In this document: positions 8,381-16,700 of the stretch, in pieces
Numbering within the stretch: position 1 is the first letter of the stretch
Layout: the number at the start of each line of letters is the position of its first letter
NCBI GenBank assembly: GCA_903845055.1
Contig: CAIMWF010000046.1
Location: forward strand, 11,712 to 75,711
DNA from: an uncultured Bacteroidales bacterium
GTDB lineage: Bacteria; Bacteroidota; Bacteroidia; Bacteroidales; FEN-979
DNA length: 64,000 nt
Direction: 5' to 3'
Translations under genes and position numbers: made by a program
The notes under the pieces: generated by a model
What the model was told of the DNA's origin: nothing
Databases searched by the model: none
The model's input: only the letters and a program-made list of their open reading frames with translations

Positions 8381-10153
8381 ATGGGTCCCAAATCTATCAC
8401 CGGCAAATTACTGGTCTGGCGTCTGCGCCACATCAAACAGCACCAGTTCATCCTGATCCTGAGTGTCCTTGTCGGGATCGGCAGCGGGCTTGCTGCGGTA
8501 ATCCTCAAAAACACTCTTTACTATACCAACTATTTCCTGACCAACGGTTTCAGCTATCATGGCGTTTATTACCTGTTCCTCACCTTCCCTGTCGTCGGTA
8601 TCATCCTCACCATGCTGTTCATAAGGTACCTGGTGAAAGACAATATCAGCCACGGGGTCAGCAAGGTTTTATATGCCATTTCGAAGAACAATGGACAGAT
8701 CAGGCCGCACAACACGTTTTCATCGCTGGTTGCGTGCACGCTGACCCTCGGGTTCGGAGGATCGGTAGGACCCGAAGCGCCAATCGTGCTGACCGGGTCG
8801 GCCATCGGTTCAAACCTGGCCCGCTTTTTCAGGCTCGATTACAAAACGACCACCCTTCTGATCGGGTGCGGCGCAGCAGGCGCCATCGCCGGCATTTTCG
8901 AGGCGCCCATCGCCGGCGCCATCTTTGTGCTCGAGATCCTGATGCTCGACCTCACGGTGACCACCCTGATCCCGTTACTGATCACCACGGTCACCGCCTC
9001 ATTGGTCGCCTACCTGCTGATGGGCAACGAGGTGCTGTTTTCATTTACCCTGAACAGTCCTTTCATCCTTCGTCACATCCCCTTTTATATGATGCTGGGG
9101 ATCTTCACCGGGCTCGTCTCCGTTTTCTTTATCCGGGGCAGCATCGGCATCGAAACGTTGCTGAAAAAGACAAACACTCCGGCCAGGGTCGGTATCGCAG
9201 GAATTCTGCTGGCGGCCCTGATTTTTGTCTATCCTTCACTATTCGGCGAAGGATATACGGTACTGAAGAGTGTCATCAACGGCCATGGAGAACTTATCGG
9301 GAATTCGTCCCTGTTTGGAGGGTTGAAGCACAACCACTGGTCATTCCTCATCATCATCTTCGGGCTGATCATTCTGAAAGTGGTCGCCATGGCCCTCACC
9401 CAGGGCAGCGGCGGCATAGGAGGCACCTTTGCCCCCTCCATCTTCGTCGGGGCTATCTGCGGATATTTTTTCGCCAACCTGCTGAACTCGGTTTTCGGAC
9501 TGCACATTTCACAAAGCAACTTCGCGCTGGTAGGAATGGCAGGGGTGATGGCCGGGGTGATGCACGCCCCCCTCACCGCAATTTTCCTGATCGCGGAAAT
9601 TACCGGCGGCTACCAGCTTCTCACACCGCTGATCATGGTATCAGCAATCGCGTATCTCACGTCGCATATTTTTGAAAGTCATTCCATTTACACCCGCCAG
9701 TTGGCAGCCCGCAAGGAACTGATTACGCATGACAAGGACAAGACGGTCCTGTTTTTCATGTCTCCCAGGCAACTGATCGAAACCAATTTCGCCAAGGTCG
9801 GACCCGATGCCACGCTTGGTGAACTCGTCAAGATTGTGGCAACCGCCTCGAGAAACATCTTCCCGGTGGTGGATACCGAACAGAACTTTCACGGTATTGT
9901 CATGCTTGACAACATCCGGCAGATTATGTTCGACCAGACGATCTACGAGGAAACATTGGTGAAGGACCTGCTGTTTATGCCCAACTATGCCATCGATCCC
10001 GACGACTCGATGGATGAGGTCATCCAGTTGTTCCAGCAAAGCGACCGCTATAACCTGCCTGTTTTAAAGAATGGAAAATACCTCGGGTTCATTTCCCGTG
10101 CCAACGTGTTTTCGCAGTACCGCGAAATGCTGAAGAAATTCTCCGACGATTAA
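8381..10153 (+). CDS. ClC-family chloride channel / H+-Cl- antiporter with C-terminal tandem CBS domains
   Basis: The protein is multi-pass hydrophobic with ClC selectivity motifs GSVGPEAP and GGIGGTFAPS. The C-terminal ~150 aa are soluble and CBS-pair-like (IFPVVDTEQNFHGIVMLDNI...; YNLPVLKNGKYLGFISRANV). Confidence 0.85.
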   Translation: MGPKSITGKLLVWRLRHIKQHQFILILSVLVGIGSGLAAVILKNTLYYTNYFLTNGFSYHGVYYLFLTFPVVGIILTMLFIRYLVKDNISHGVSKVLYAISKNNGQIRPHNTFSSLVACTLTLGFGGSVGPEAPIVLTGSAIGSNLARFFRLDYKTTTLLIGCGAAGAIAGIFEAPIAGAIFVLEILMLDLTVTTLIPLLITTVTASLVAYLLMGNEVLFSFTLNSPFILRHIPFYMMLGIFTGLVSVFFIRGSIGIETLLKKTNTPARVGIAGILLAALIFVYPSLFGEGYTVLKSVINGHGELIGNSSLFGGLKHNHWSFLIIIFGLIILKVVAMALTQGSGGIGGTFAPSIFVGAICGYFFANLLNSVFGLHISQSNFALVGMAGVMAGVMHAPLTAIFLIAEITGGYQLLTPLIMVSAIAYLTSHIFESHSIYTRQLAARKELITHDKDKTVLFFMSPRQLIETNFAKVGPDATLGELVKIVATASRNIFPVVDTEQNFHGIVMLDNIRQIMFDQTIYEETLVKDLLFMPNYAIDPDDSMDEVIQLFQQSDRYNLPVLKNGKYLGFISRANVFSQYREMLKKFSDD

Positions 10154-10156
10154 TCG

Positions 10157-13069
10157 CTAATAGCCAAAAACCGTTTTAAGGTCGAGTGTGTTCACCTGTC
10201 CGTAGGTTGAGAGGGATTTTTCGTCCATCTCTGCTTTCTTGCCCAGCACCATGATGGTGAAGTTCTTTCCCTTGATATATTTTTCCTGGAAGGCCTTCAG
10301 ATCGGCGAAATTCATTTTGGGAACCTTGTTGAAAACATCCTTGCGGATATCATAAGTCAGACCCATTTTCTGCGCATTGATGTAGTTGAACAATACCTGC
10401 GATTTGGTAATGCGCTCGGTGCGGATCTTATTCATGATGGCCTCTTTCGATGAATTCAGGGCTTTTTCGCTTTCGGGCATGTTGTTGAACAGTCCGGTCA
10501 TGGCTTTCATGGCCTCGGGCAATTTGTCGATCTGCGTACCGATGTATGAGAAAAGGTAAAAATTCTGGTACGATTGAACGGGCGTACGGTACCCCGCGTA
10601 AGCGCTGTATGCCAGCCCTTTCGACTCGCGGATCTCCTGGAAAACGATCGAATTCATGCTTCCTCCGAAATACTCGTTGAACAACCTGACGACAGGGATC
10701 ATCTCCTTGTTGTATTTCACCGATTTTGACAACATGACAATCTCGGCCTGTTTCATATTGTAATCAACCGTATAAACCTTCGAAAGGTCCGTTTCAAGCT
10801 GGTCAAATTTCCTGGGGATGGGCAGGGGTTTCAGGTCGGCGGCGATATGATGCTCCTTGGTAAGCACCTGGAGCAATGCAGCCGAACTCTCGGGACCGTA
10901 GTACAGGATTTTGTGCTGGTAGCCGGTCAGCCCCTTGATGAGGTTGACCAGGCTTTTGGCCTGTAAAAGATCAAGTTCTGTGGAAGACAAAATATTGGTA
11001 AAGGGCGACCTGGGACCGTAAACGCCGTAATTGTACATCGCCTGCCATAGGATGGCCTGTTTCGACAGCTTTTCGTCCTCGCGCTTTTTCTTGATATCGG
11101 CCACCATGCTCTGCAATGCCTGAACATCCGGTTGTGGGTCGGCAAGCAATTGTTCAAACAGCGACATGGCGCTTGGCATGAATTCACTCAGACCGCTCAG
11201 CGAAACCCAAACCTCTTCATCAGAGCTGTTCACGTTAAAAGAACATCCCATTTTATAAAACTCCTCTTCGATCTGTTTCGAGGTAAATTTCGAAGTGCCG
11301 AGGTACTTGAGGTAATCAAGCGCGATGGCCATTTCGCGGTTGGCATTGGTCCCCATTCCAAAATAATAATAAAGCGAGAAAGTTTTGTTTTCAGTGTTCG
11401 CTTTATATAGGACTGGGACATTGTTCTTAAAGGTGAACTTTTTAATGTCGTTTGCAAAATCAACAAATACAGGTTCAATCGGGCTGGTTGGCTCTGCCAT
11501 GATTTTTTTCAGGAAGGCCGATTCATCGTCACGGTTCATAGAAACCGGCGTAATCTGCGGTTTCACAACCTTCCTGGCTTCTTTTGCCTGGCCGTTTTTT
11601 TTGAAGACCATCACATAATTGTCCCCGTAATTCTTTTTGGCAAACTCCACGATGTCGCCCTTCGTGATCTTCGAAAGGCGGTCGATTTCGTTCACCAGGT
11701 CGGCATGCGCCTGTTGCTTTACAAACTCATCCACCATGGACATGACCCGCCCGTTGTTCGATTCATATTTCCTGATATTGGCCAGCTTCATATCATTGAC
11801 AACGGCCGGGATCAGCCAGTCGGGGAACGCACCTTTTTTAACCTGTTCGATCTGGGCCATGATCAGCTCTTTCACCTCGTCGAGCGACTGGCCCGATTTT
11901 GCTTTTCCTGAGAAAATGTTGACCGAATAATCTGTCAGGATATAGGAAAATGCATCGGCTTCAAGCACCTTCTGCGCCTTGACAAGGTTCAGATCCATCA
12001 GGCCGGCTTTCCCGTTGCTCAGCACCTTGTTGCAAACCGTAAGCAGGTCGGCATCTTTGGTTGCTACACCGCCCAGGCGGTACCCGATGGTGACCGATTC
12101 GGCATCCGGGCCAACCTCTTCTTTTACAATCGGTTGGGTGATTGGGTCTTCCATGGCGGGGACATACGCCACGACCGGTTTTGAAACAAGCTGACCAAAT
12201 TCCGCGTCAACCATCCTGATCATATCGTCCGGGTTAAAATCGCCCGAAAGTACAATCGCCATGTTGTTGGGAACATAACGGGAGGCAAAATAGTTTTTCA
12301 AAGAGGTCAGCGAGGGATTCTTCAGGTGCTCCACGGTCCCGATGGTCGTTTGTGTTCCGTAGGTGTTTTTCTTGAACAACCCGGAAAACAGGGCTTCAAA
12401 AACCTTGTTGTCGTCGTTGTCAAGACTGATATTTTTTTCTTCATATACCGTCTCCAGTTCGGTATGGAATAACCTGAAAACAGGGCTTCTGAAACGTTCA
12501 TGTTCGATCTGCAGCCATTGACCTGCCTTGTTGGACGGAATATCGTTTACATAAACGGTCTCTTCAAAGGAGGTAAATGCGTTGGTCCCCTTTGCCCCGA
12601 TCCCTGCCAGCAGTTTGTCATATTCATTGGCAATGGCGAACCTGGAGGCAACGCCCGACAGGCTGTCAATCTGGTGGTAGATCTTCCTGCGTTGTAAAGT
12701 ATCCGTTGTTTTGCGGTATACCTCGAATTTCGCCTCAATCTGGTCAAGCAGTACCTTTTCGCTGGTAAAATCCTTCGAACCGAATTCGGTAGTTCCCTTG
12801 AACATCAGGTGCTCAAGATAATGCGACAACCCGGTGTTGTCGGAAGGATCGTTTTTACTACCGGTGCGAACGGCAATGGCCGTCTGGATGCGTGGTGCAT
12901 CCCTGTATACGGTGAGATATACTTTTAACCCGTTGCCAAGCGTATAGATCCTTGCTTTCAGCGGATCACCCGCAACTGAATCATAATGAAATGTTTTCTG
13001 GGCAAGAAGCCCTGTTCCGGCAAGAACCAGGAACGCTGCAACTGCAACACGCGCTAAAAATTTTTTCAT
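10157..13069 (-). CDS. M16-family (pitrilysin/insulinase-like) zinc peptidase, exported, duplicated-domain long form
   Basis: It has a signal peptide, MKKFLARVAVAAFLVLAGTGLLAQ, and the inverted zinc motif HYLEHLMFKGT (HxxEH). Its 970 aa length fits a fused double M16 unit. Confidence 0.85.
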   Translation of the reverse strand: MKKFLARVAVAAFLVLAGTGLLAQKTFHYDSVAGDPLKARIYTLGNGLKVYLTVYRDAPRIQTAIAVRTGSKNDPSDNTGLSHYLEHLMFKGTTEFGSKDFTSEKVLLDQIEAKFEVYRKTTDTLQRRKIYHQIDSLSGVASRFAIANEYDKLLAGIGAKGTNAFTSFEETVYVNDIPSNKAGQWLQIEHERFRSPVFRLFHTELETVYEEKNISLDNDDNKVFEALFSGLFKKNTYGTQTTIGTVEHLKNPSLTSLKNYFASRYVPNNMAIVLSGDFNPDDMIRMVDAEFGQLVSKPVVAYVPAMEDPITQPIVKEEVGPDAESVTIGYRLGGVATKDADLLTVCNKVLSNGKAGLMDLNLVKAQKVLEADAFSYILTDYSVNIFSGKAKSGQSLDEVKELIMAQIEQVKKGAFPDWLIPAVVNDMKLANIRKYESNNGRVMSMVDEFVKQQAHADLVNEIDRLSKITKGDIVEFAKKNYGDNYVMVFKKNGQAKEARKVVKPQITPVSMNRDDESAFLKKIMAEPTSPIEPVFVDFANDIKKFTFKNNVPVLYKANTENKTFSLYYYFGMGTNANREMAIALDYLKYLGTSKFTSKQIEEEFYKMGCSFNVNSSDEEVWVSLSGLSEFMPSAMSLFEQLLADPQPDVQALQSMVADIKKKREDEKLSKQAILWQAMYNYGVYGPRSPFTNILSSTELDLLQAKSLVNLIKGLTGYQHKILYYGPESSAALLQVLTKEHHIAADLKPLPIPRKFDQLETDLSKVYTVDYNMKQAEIVMLSKSVKYNKEMIPVVRLFNEYFGGSMNSIVFQEIRESKGLAYSAYAGYRTPVQSYQNFYLFSYIGTQIDKLPEAMKAMTGLFNNMPESEKALNSSKEAIMNKIRTERITKSQVLFNYINAQKMGLTYDIRKDVFNKVPKMNFADLKAFQEKYIKGKNFTIMVLGKKAEMDEKSLSTYGQVNTLDLKTVFGY

Positions 13070-13140
13070 TGTCTTGGCTGATTAATAAATACTTCACTAC
13101 AAAATTGTATGCCATCCAACCTTCCCCCTCCACGATTCCG

Positions 13141-13177
13141 CCATTTCGCTATTTCGCTACCTCGCTAATTCGCTACC
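13141..13177. repeat. 8-bp-period micro-tandem repeat (CCATTTCG CTATTTCG CTACCTCG CTAATTCG CTACC)
   Basis: Read directly from the sequence. It starts immediately after the gatD stop codon (13178-13180 on the minus strand). Confidence 0.8.
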
Positions 13178-14563
13178 TTATTTGTGGAACTTCCTGATAA
13201 AATCCTCAACCTCCGGCACGCCCCCCTGATATATCAGGTAACCATTGTAGGGTTCGCGACGGGTGATCTCGTCGTTGATCGGGGTCAGCATGATCTCCTT
13301 GACCTTTGCAAGGTCACTGGTCTGACCAAGGGCCCAGCTCAGTTTGATAAAGGCCGTTTCGGGAAGCATGTTCTCGGCAGGGATGATCCCCTTGGCCATC
13401 AGGTCGCGGCCGGTATCGTAAACAAACATGTGTACATAACCCCACAGAGTCTGCACGGTCATGTAAATGGCAACGCCTTTGGCCACGGCACGTTCGATGG
13501 CCGGGTAGATCGGCTTGTTCACATGTCCCAGCCCGGTTCCGATGATGATGATCCCCTTGTAGCCTGCATCCACCAGGGCGTCGATCACATCGGGCTGCAT
13601 GTTTGTATAGTAGTAGATCATGGTCACCTTCTCCTCGTAATAGGGAAGGATCGTCACATTGCGGTCGGTGCGGCGGCGATGGTAGTCCTGCTTGATAGGT
13701 ACAACGCCCTGCCTGGTCACGGTGGCCAGCGGGGTGTCGCCGATGGTACGGAAGGTTGACCGGTAGGAGGAGTGCATCTTCCGCACCCGCGTTCCCTTGT
13801 GAAGAAAGCCGTACTCGTCGGAGGTGGGTCCGAACATGCAGACCATCACCTCGGCGATATCACCATGGGCGGCTGCAGTGGCCGCATGCATCAGGTTGAG
13901 GGCTGCGTCGGAACTTGGGCGGTCGGAAGAACGCTGTGAACCGACAAGTACGATCGGTACCGGTGAATTCTGGACCATGAAAGTCAGTGCCGCCGAGGTA
14001 TAATGAAGGGTATCGGTCCCGTGTCCGATAATGATCCCGTCAATCCCCTTTTCAATCTCGTTGCCGATGGCGATGGCCAGTTTCTTATACTGGTCGGGTC
14101 CCATGTTCTCGCTGAAAACCGCGAATAACTTTTCGGTGGTCAGGTTGCAGATATCGGCCAGTTCCGGAACCGCCCCATACAATTCCCCGGGTGAAAAGGC
14201 AGGGATCACAGCGCCGGTCCGGTAATCGAGACGTGAAGCAATCGTGCCCCCCGTTCCCAGCAGTTTGACGTTGGGTTTATCCTTCGAATAAGGAAACTCC
14301 TTTTCTGGTATCTTATAAACTGCCTTTTTATACCCGAGCTCCTCGATATGTGTAATACCTTCTATTTCAACCCCGATGTTATAGCCGGTGAAAAATTTCA
14401 TGACGATGTGGGTATCGTCGGTGTTTTCAGCACGGGGCAGGATGGTGCCTTCAAAAGTACCCCTGTGGCTGTCGATCCTGACTTTTGCCCAGACCCTGGC
14501 ATTAAACTTCTGCAATACTTCAAGCGCTCTACCCTTGTATCCCTGGAAAATATCTTCGGCCAT
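13178..14563 (-). CDS. gatD: Glu-tRNA(Gln) amidotransferase subunit D, archaeal type (GatD; asparaginase-like glutaminase with GatD-type N-terminal domain)
   Basis: The asparaginase-fold catalytic motifs are intact: LGTGGTIASRLDYRTGAV, IIGHGTDTLHYTSAAL, VGSQRSSDRPSSDAALNL and GTRVRKMHSS. The ~95 aa N-terminal extension (VRIDSHRGTFEGTILPRAEN..DDTHIVMKFFTGYNIGVEIEGI) matches my recollection of the archaeal GatD N-domain, not AnsA. It lies directly downstream of a gatE homologue. Confidence 0.8.
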   Translation of the reverse strand: MAEDIFQGYKGRALEVLQKFNARVWAKVRIDSHRGTFEGTILPRAENTDDTHIVMKFFTGYNIGVEIEGITHIEELGYKKAVYKIPEKEFPYSKDKPNVKLLGTGGTIASRLDYRTGAVIPAFSPGELYGAVPELADICNLTTEKLFAVFSENMGPDQYKKLAIAIGNEIEKGIDGIIIGHGTDTLHYTSAALTFMVQNSPVPIVLVGSQRSSDRPSSDAALNLMHAATAAAHGDIAEVMVCMFGPTSDEYGFLHKGTRVRKMHSSYRSTFRTIGDTPLATVTRQGVVPIKQDYHRRRTDRNVTILPYYEEKVTMIYYYTNMQPDVIDALVDAGYKGIIIIGTGLGHVNKPIYPAIERAVAKGVAIYMTVQTLWGYVHMFVYDTGRDLMAKGIIPAENMLPETAFIKLSWALGQTSDLAKVKEIMLTPINDEITRREPYNGYLIYQGGVPEVEDFIRKFHK

Positions 14564-14567
14564 AATG

Positions 14568-14592
14568 AAAATAGTAAAATGGTAAAATAGTG
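14568..14592. repeat. 8-bp-period micro-tandem repeat (AAAATAGT AAAATGGT AAAATAGT) in the gatE-gatD spacer
   Basis: Read directly from the sequence. In gatD mRNA sense it reads ACTATTTT ACCATTTT ACTATTTT and ends 4 nt before the gatD ATG. Confidence 0.8.
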
Positions 14593-14619
14593 ACTCTGGT
14601 GAATTAGTAAGACAAGTAG

Positions 14620-16581
14620 TTAAAATTTGATTTCCCCGCTGAGTTCCCTGAGTGAAACATTACCGGTGGCCATCCTGTTCAGGTTGCCCATCACCCAGCG
14701 CAAGCCCGCTGTTTCGTCGTGGGAGGTGCGTATTTCACGGTATTTTTTAACAAGGAAGGGAATCTTCCCGAGGATATCCTCCCTGGACAACTGCCTGAAA
14801 TTCAGGGTTACCAGGATGGAGTCAAAATCCATTTTGGGGTGCTGATACTGGTGAAGCAGCATTTTTCGGGCGATTCCCAGGTCGAGGTTCCGTTCGGTCA
14901 GGAACCGCAGAAGGTCATAGACTTTCTCGTATGAAAAGTCTGGCAGTTGCGGGTAATGTCCCTGGATGCTCTTCAGCGTATAGGCGAGCAAAGATGCAGT
15001 AAACCTGGCAGGAACGTTCAGTTCCGATTGTGCCTTTTCGAGGAGGGGAACCAGGTTGTTTTTCAGCACGTAAGTAAAGGTTTCCTGCGGCACATTCCAC
15101 TGCAATAGCTGGTCGAGCCGTTCCGAAACAAGTACGGGAAGGCGCTGCCTGGCCTCGTTGATGGCTGCATCGTCGAGCGGTATCGGGGCAGAGTCGGTAT
15201 CGGGATACATACGGTCGGCGCCGGGCAATACCCGTTCGAAAATGGTCGTCCCGTCGTCGAATGATTTGCGTGTTTCATTGGGAACCCCCAGGAATGCCAT
15301 CTTGCACCGTTCTTCGATAGATTCAAGGGCGGTTTTGATATCGTCGTCGGGGCCCCAGAAGATGATCTGGGCATCGCCTTCTTTGCTGCCGAGCAGCGAA
15401 CGGACCTTTCCCCAGGCTTTTTCTCCCACGGCATCCTCAAACATTTCGGAATGGACCATGTTGGGTTTTTCGATACAGGCAATGACTTTGAGCCGGTCGG
15501 ATAGATCGTCTGCGAACATTTTACCGGGTTGGGTGAAATGGGAAAGAATTCCCTGGAACTGCGGAAGGTTCACGATATAGACCTTCGACATTGAATTCTT
15601 GGGAACACCCAGGTTTTCAAGTTTAAAATCCTTCGCCTTTACCTCCTTCGAGGTGATTTTCCAGTCGCCCGGATTGGCAACCCTTTTCACCAGCAGATCT
15701 TTCACCGCGAGCAGGGCCCATTGGCGGAAACATTCATTGTGGGTCAGTTCGGGCATCCAGCCGGTGTGTGCTACCCCCTTGATCTCCACGCGGGTGCCTC
15801 CTTTGCAGCTCACGTTCACATCGGCCCGCGTTGATCCGATGCCGCTGCGCACCTTGCCGGTGCTGCGGTTCAGAAAGCGGATGTAATCGGCACCCTCCTT
15901 CACCTCGTCGGGGTTCTTAAACTCAGGATAGGTAACGGTTTCGATCAGGGGCATCCCAAGCCGGTCGGTGCGATAGATGCGCACATGGCCGATGTCGGAT
16001 ACCTCGCGGCAGGAGTCCTCCTCAAGGCTGAGCTGGATCAACCTAACCTTTTTATTTTTCAGCTGGATCTCCCCTTCGATTCCAATGATCGCGGTGCGCT
16101 GAAAGCCGGTGGGAATGGAACCATCCAGGTATTGCTTTCGGGTAATATGCACCTCTCCGACAACCTTGAGTTTCGATAACAGGGAAATGTCGATGGCATG
16201 CGAAAGCGCTTCACGGTTCAAAGGAAATGGAGGCGTATCATCCACATCGTAGGTACAGGCTGTTTCGTTCTTGATCCGGTAAATGATATTTTTTCGCGTT
16301 CTGAACTCCATCAGGGCGGTACCATCGTACTCGCCAAGTTCACTGAGGGTTGGCCGCATATGACGGATCAGCTCCGCATCAAAATCATCGGGTTTCTGGA
16401 AGATCCCCGCAGGGCAGTGACAGAATAATTTTTCCTTCGTTTTCAGTTGTTGGTGAACTTCAAGTCCCGACATGAACCCGATACGGTCATAGTCGGCCTG
16501 GGTGGCCTTCTTCCGTGGAATATACCCTATTTTTTGTTCAGTTTCAGCATGGTTGCGCCTGGGGTCAAAGAGTTGTTTCAT
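14620..16581 (-). CDS. gatE: Glu-tRNA(Gln) amidotransferase subunit E, archaeal type (GatE)
   Basis: By eye it is collinear with archaeal GatE: GLEVHQQLKTKEKLFCHCP, RPTLSELGEYD, DDTPPFPLNREAL, RKQYLDGSIPTGFQRTAII, LSLEEDSCRE, YRTDRLGMPLIETVT, GIGSTRADVNVS and GTRVEIKGV. The 653 aa length fits GatE, not GatB (~480 aa). I moved the start to ATG 16581 (MKQLFD) because the TTG at 16611 in the ORF track lies inside a TAATTTTG promoter box. Confidence 0.8.
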   Translation of the reverse strand: MKQLFDPRRNHAETEQKIGYIPRKKATQADYDRIGFMSGLEVHQQLKTKEKLFCHCPAGIFQKPDDFDAELIRHMRPTLSELGEYDGTALMEFRTRKNIIYRIKNETACTYDVDDTPPFPLNREALSHAIDISLLSKLKVVGEVHITRKQYLDGSIPTGFQRTAIIGIEGEIQLKNKKVRLIQLSLEEDSCREVSDIGHVRIYRTDRLGMPLIETVTYPEFKNPDEVKEGADYIRFLNRSTGKVRSGIGSTRADVNVSCKGGTRVEIKGVAHTGWMPELTHNECFRQWALLAVKDLLVKRVANPGDWKITSKEVKAKDFKLENLGVPKNSMSKVYIVNLPQFQGILSHFTQPGKMFADDLSDRLKVIACIEKPNMVHSEMFEDAVGEKAWGKVRSLLGSKEGDAQIIFWGPDDDIKTALESIEERCKMAFLGVPNETRKSFDDGTTIFERVLPGADRMYPDTDSAPIPLDDAAINEARQRLPVLVSERLDQLLQWNVPQETFTYVLKNNLVPLLEKAQSELNVPARFTASLLAYTLKSIQGHYPQLPDFSYEKVYDLLRFLTERNLDLGIARKMLLHQYQHPKMDFDSILVTLNFRQLSREDILGKIPFLVKKYREIRTSHDETAGLRWVMGNLNRMATGNVSLRELSGEIKF

Positions 16582-16608
16582 GGTCAGCGAAAATAGTTTA
16601 TGAGTCCT

Positions 16609-16616
16609 CAAAATTA
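16609..16616 (-). promoter_or_regulatory. Bacteroidota-type -7 promoter box (TAATTTTG) for the gatE-gatD operon
   Basis: The reverse complement of caaaatta is an exact TAnnTTTG match, ~28 nt upstream of ATG 16581. Confidence 0.45.
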
Positions 16617-16650
16617 GCCATTTTGTTGATATCCCGGCTCAAATGTTCAT

Positions 16651-16682
16651 TACTTTTGGTAAGATTGACTTTTGTATCTTTG
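16651..16682 (+). promoter_or_regulatory. Two TAnnTTTG boxes (TACTTTTG 16651-16658; TATCTTTG 16675-16682) upstream of the OstA-like gene
   Basis: Both are exact consensus matches. The TTTG inside the first box could serve as the -33 element for the second. The ATG is at 16701. Confidence 0.45.
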
Positions 16683-16700
16683 CACCGTCAATTCAATCCA

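Noticed and set aside
8371-9675. 434-aa plus-strand ORF in another frame across the ClC gene
   Set aside because: Its composition is extremely Arg/His/Pro/Gly-rich and low-complexity, and it lies entirely inside a gene with clear ClC motifs in the other frame. This is a typical shadow ORF.
13178-14563. Reading this gene as an ordinary type I L-asparaginase (ansA)
   Set aside because: It has a ~95-aa N-terminal domain that cytoplasmic asparaginases lack, and it sits directly downstream of a GatE homologue. GatD is the better call, although only a profile search or phylogeny can settle it.
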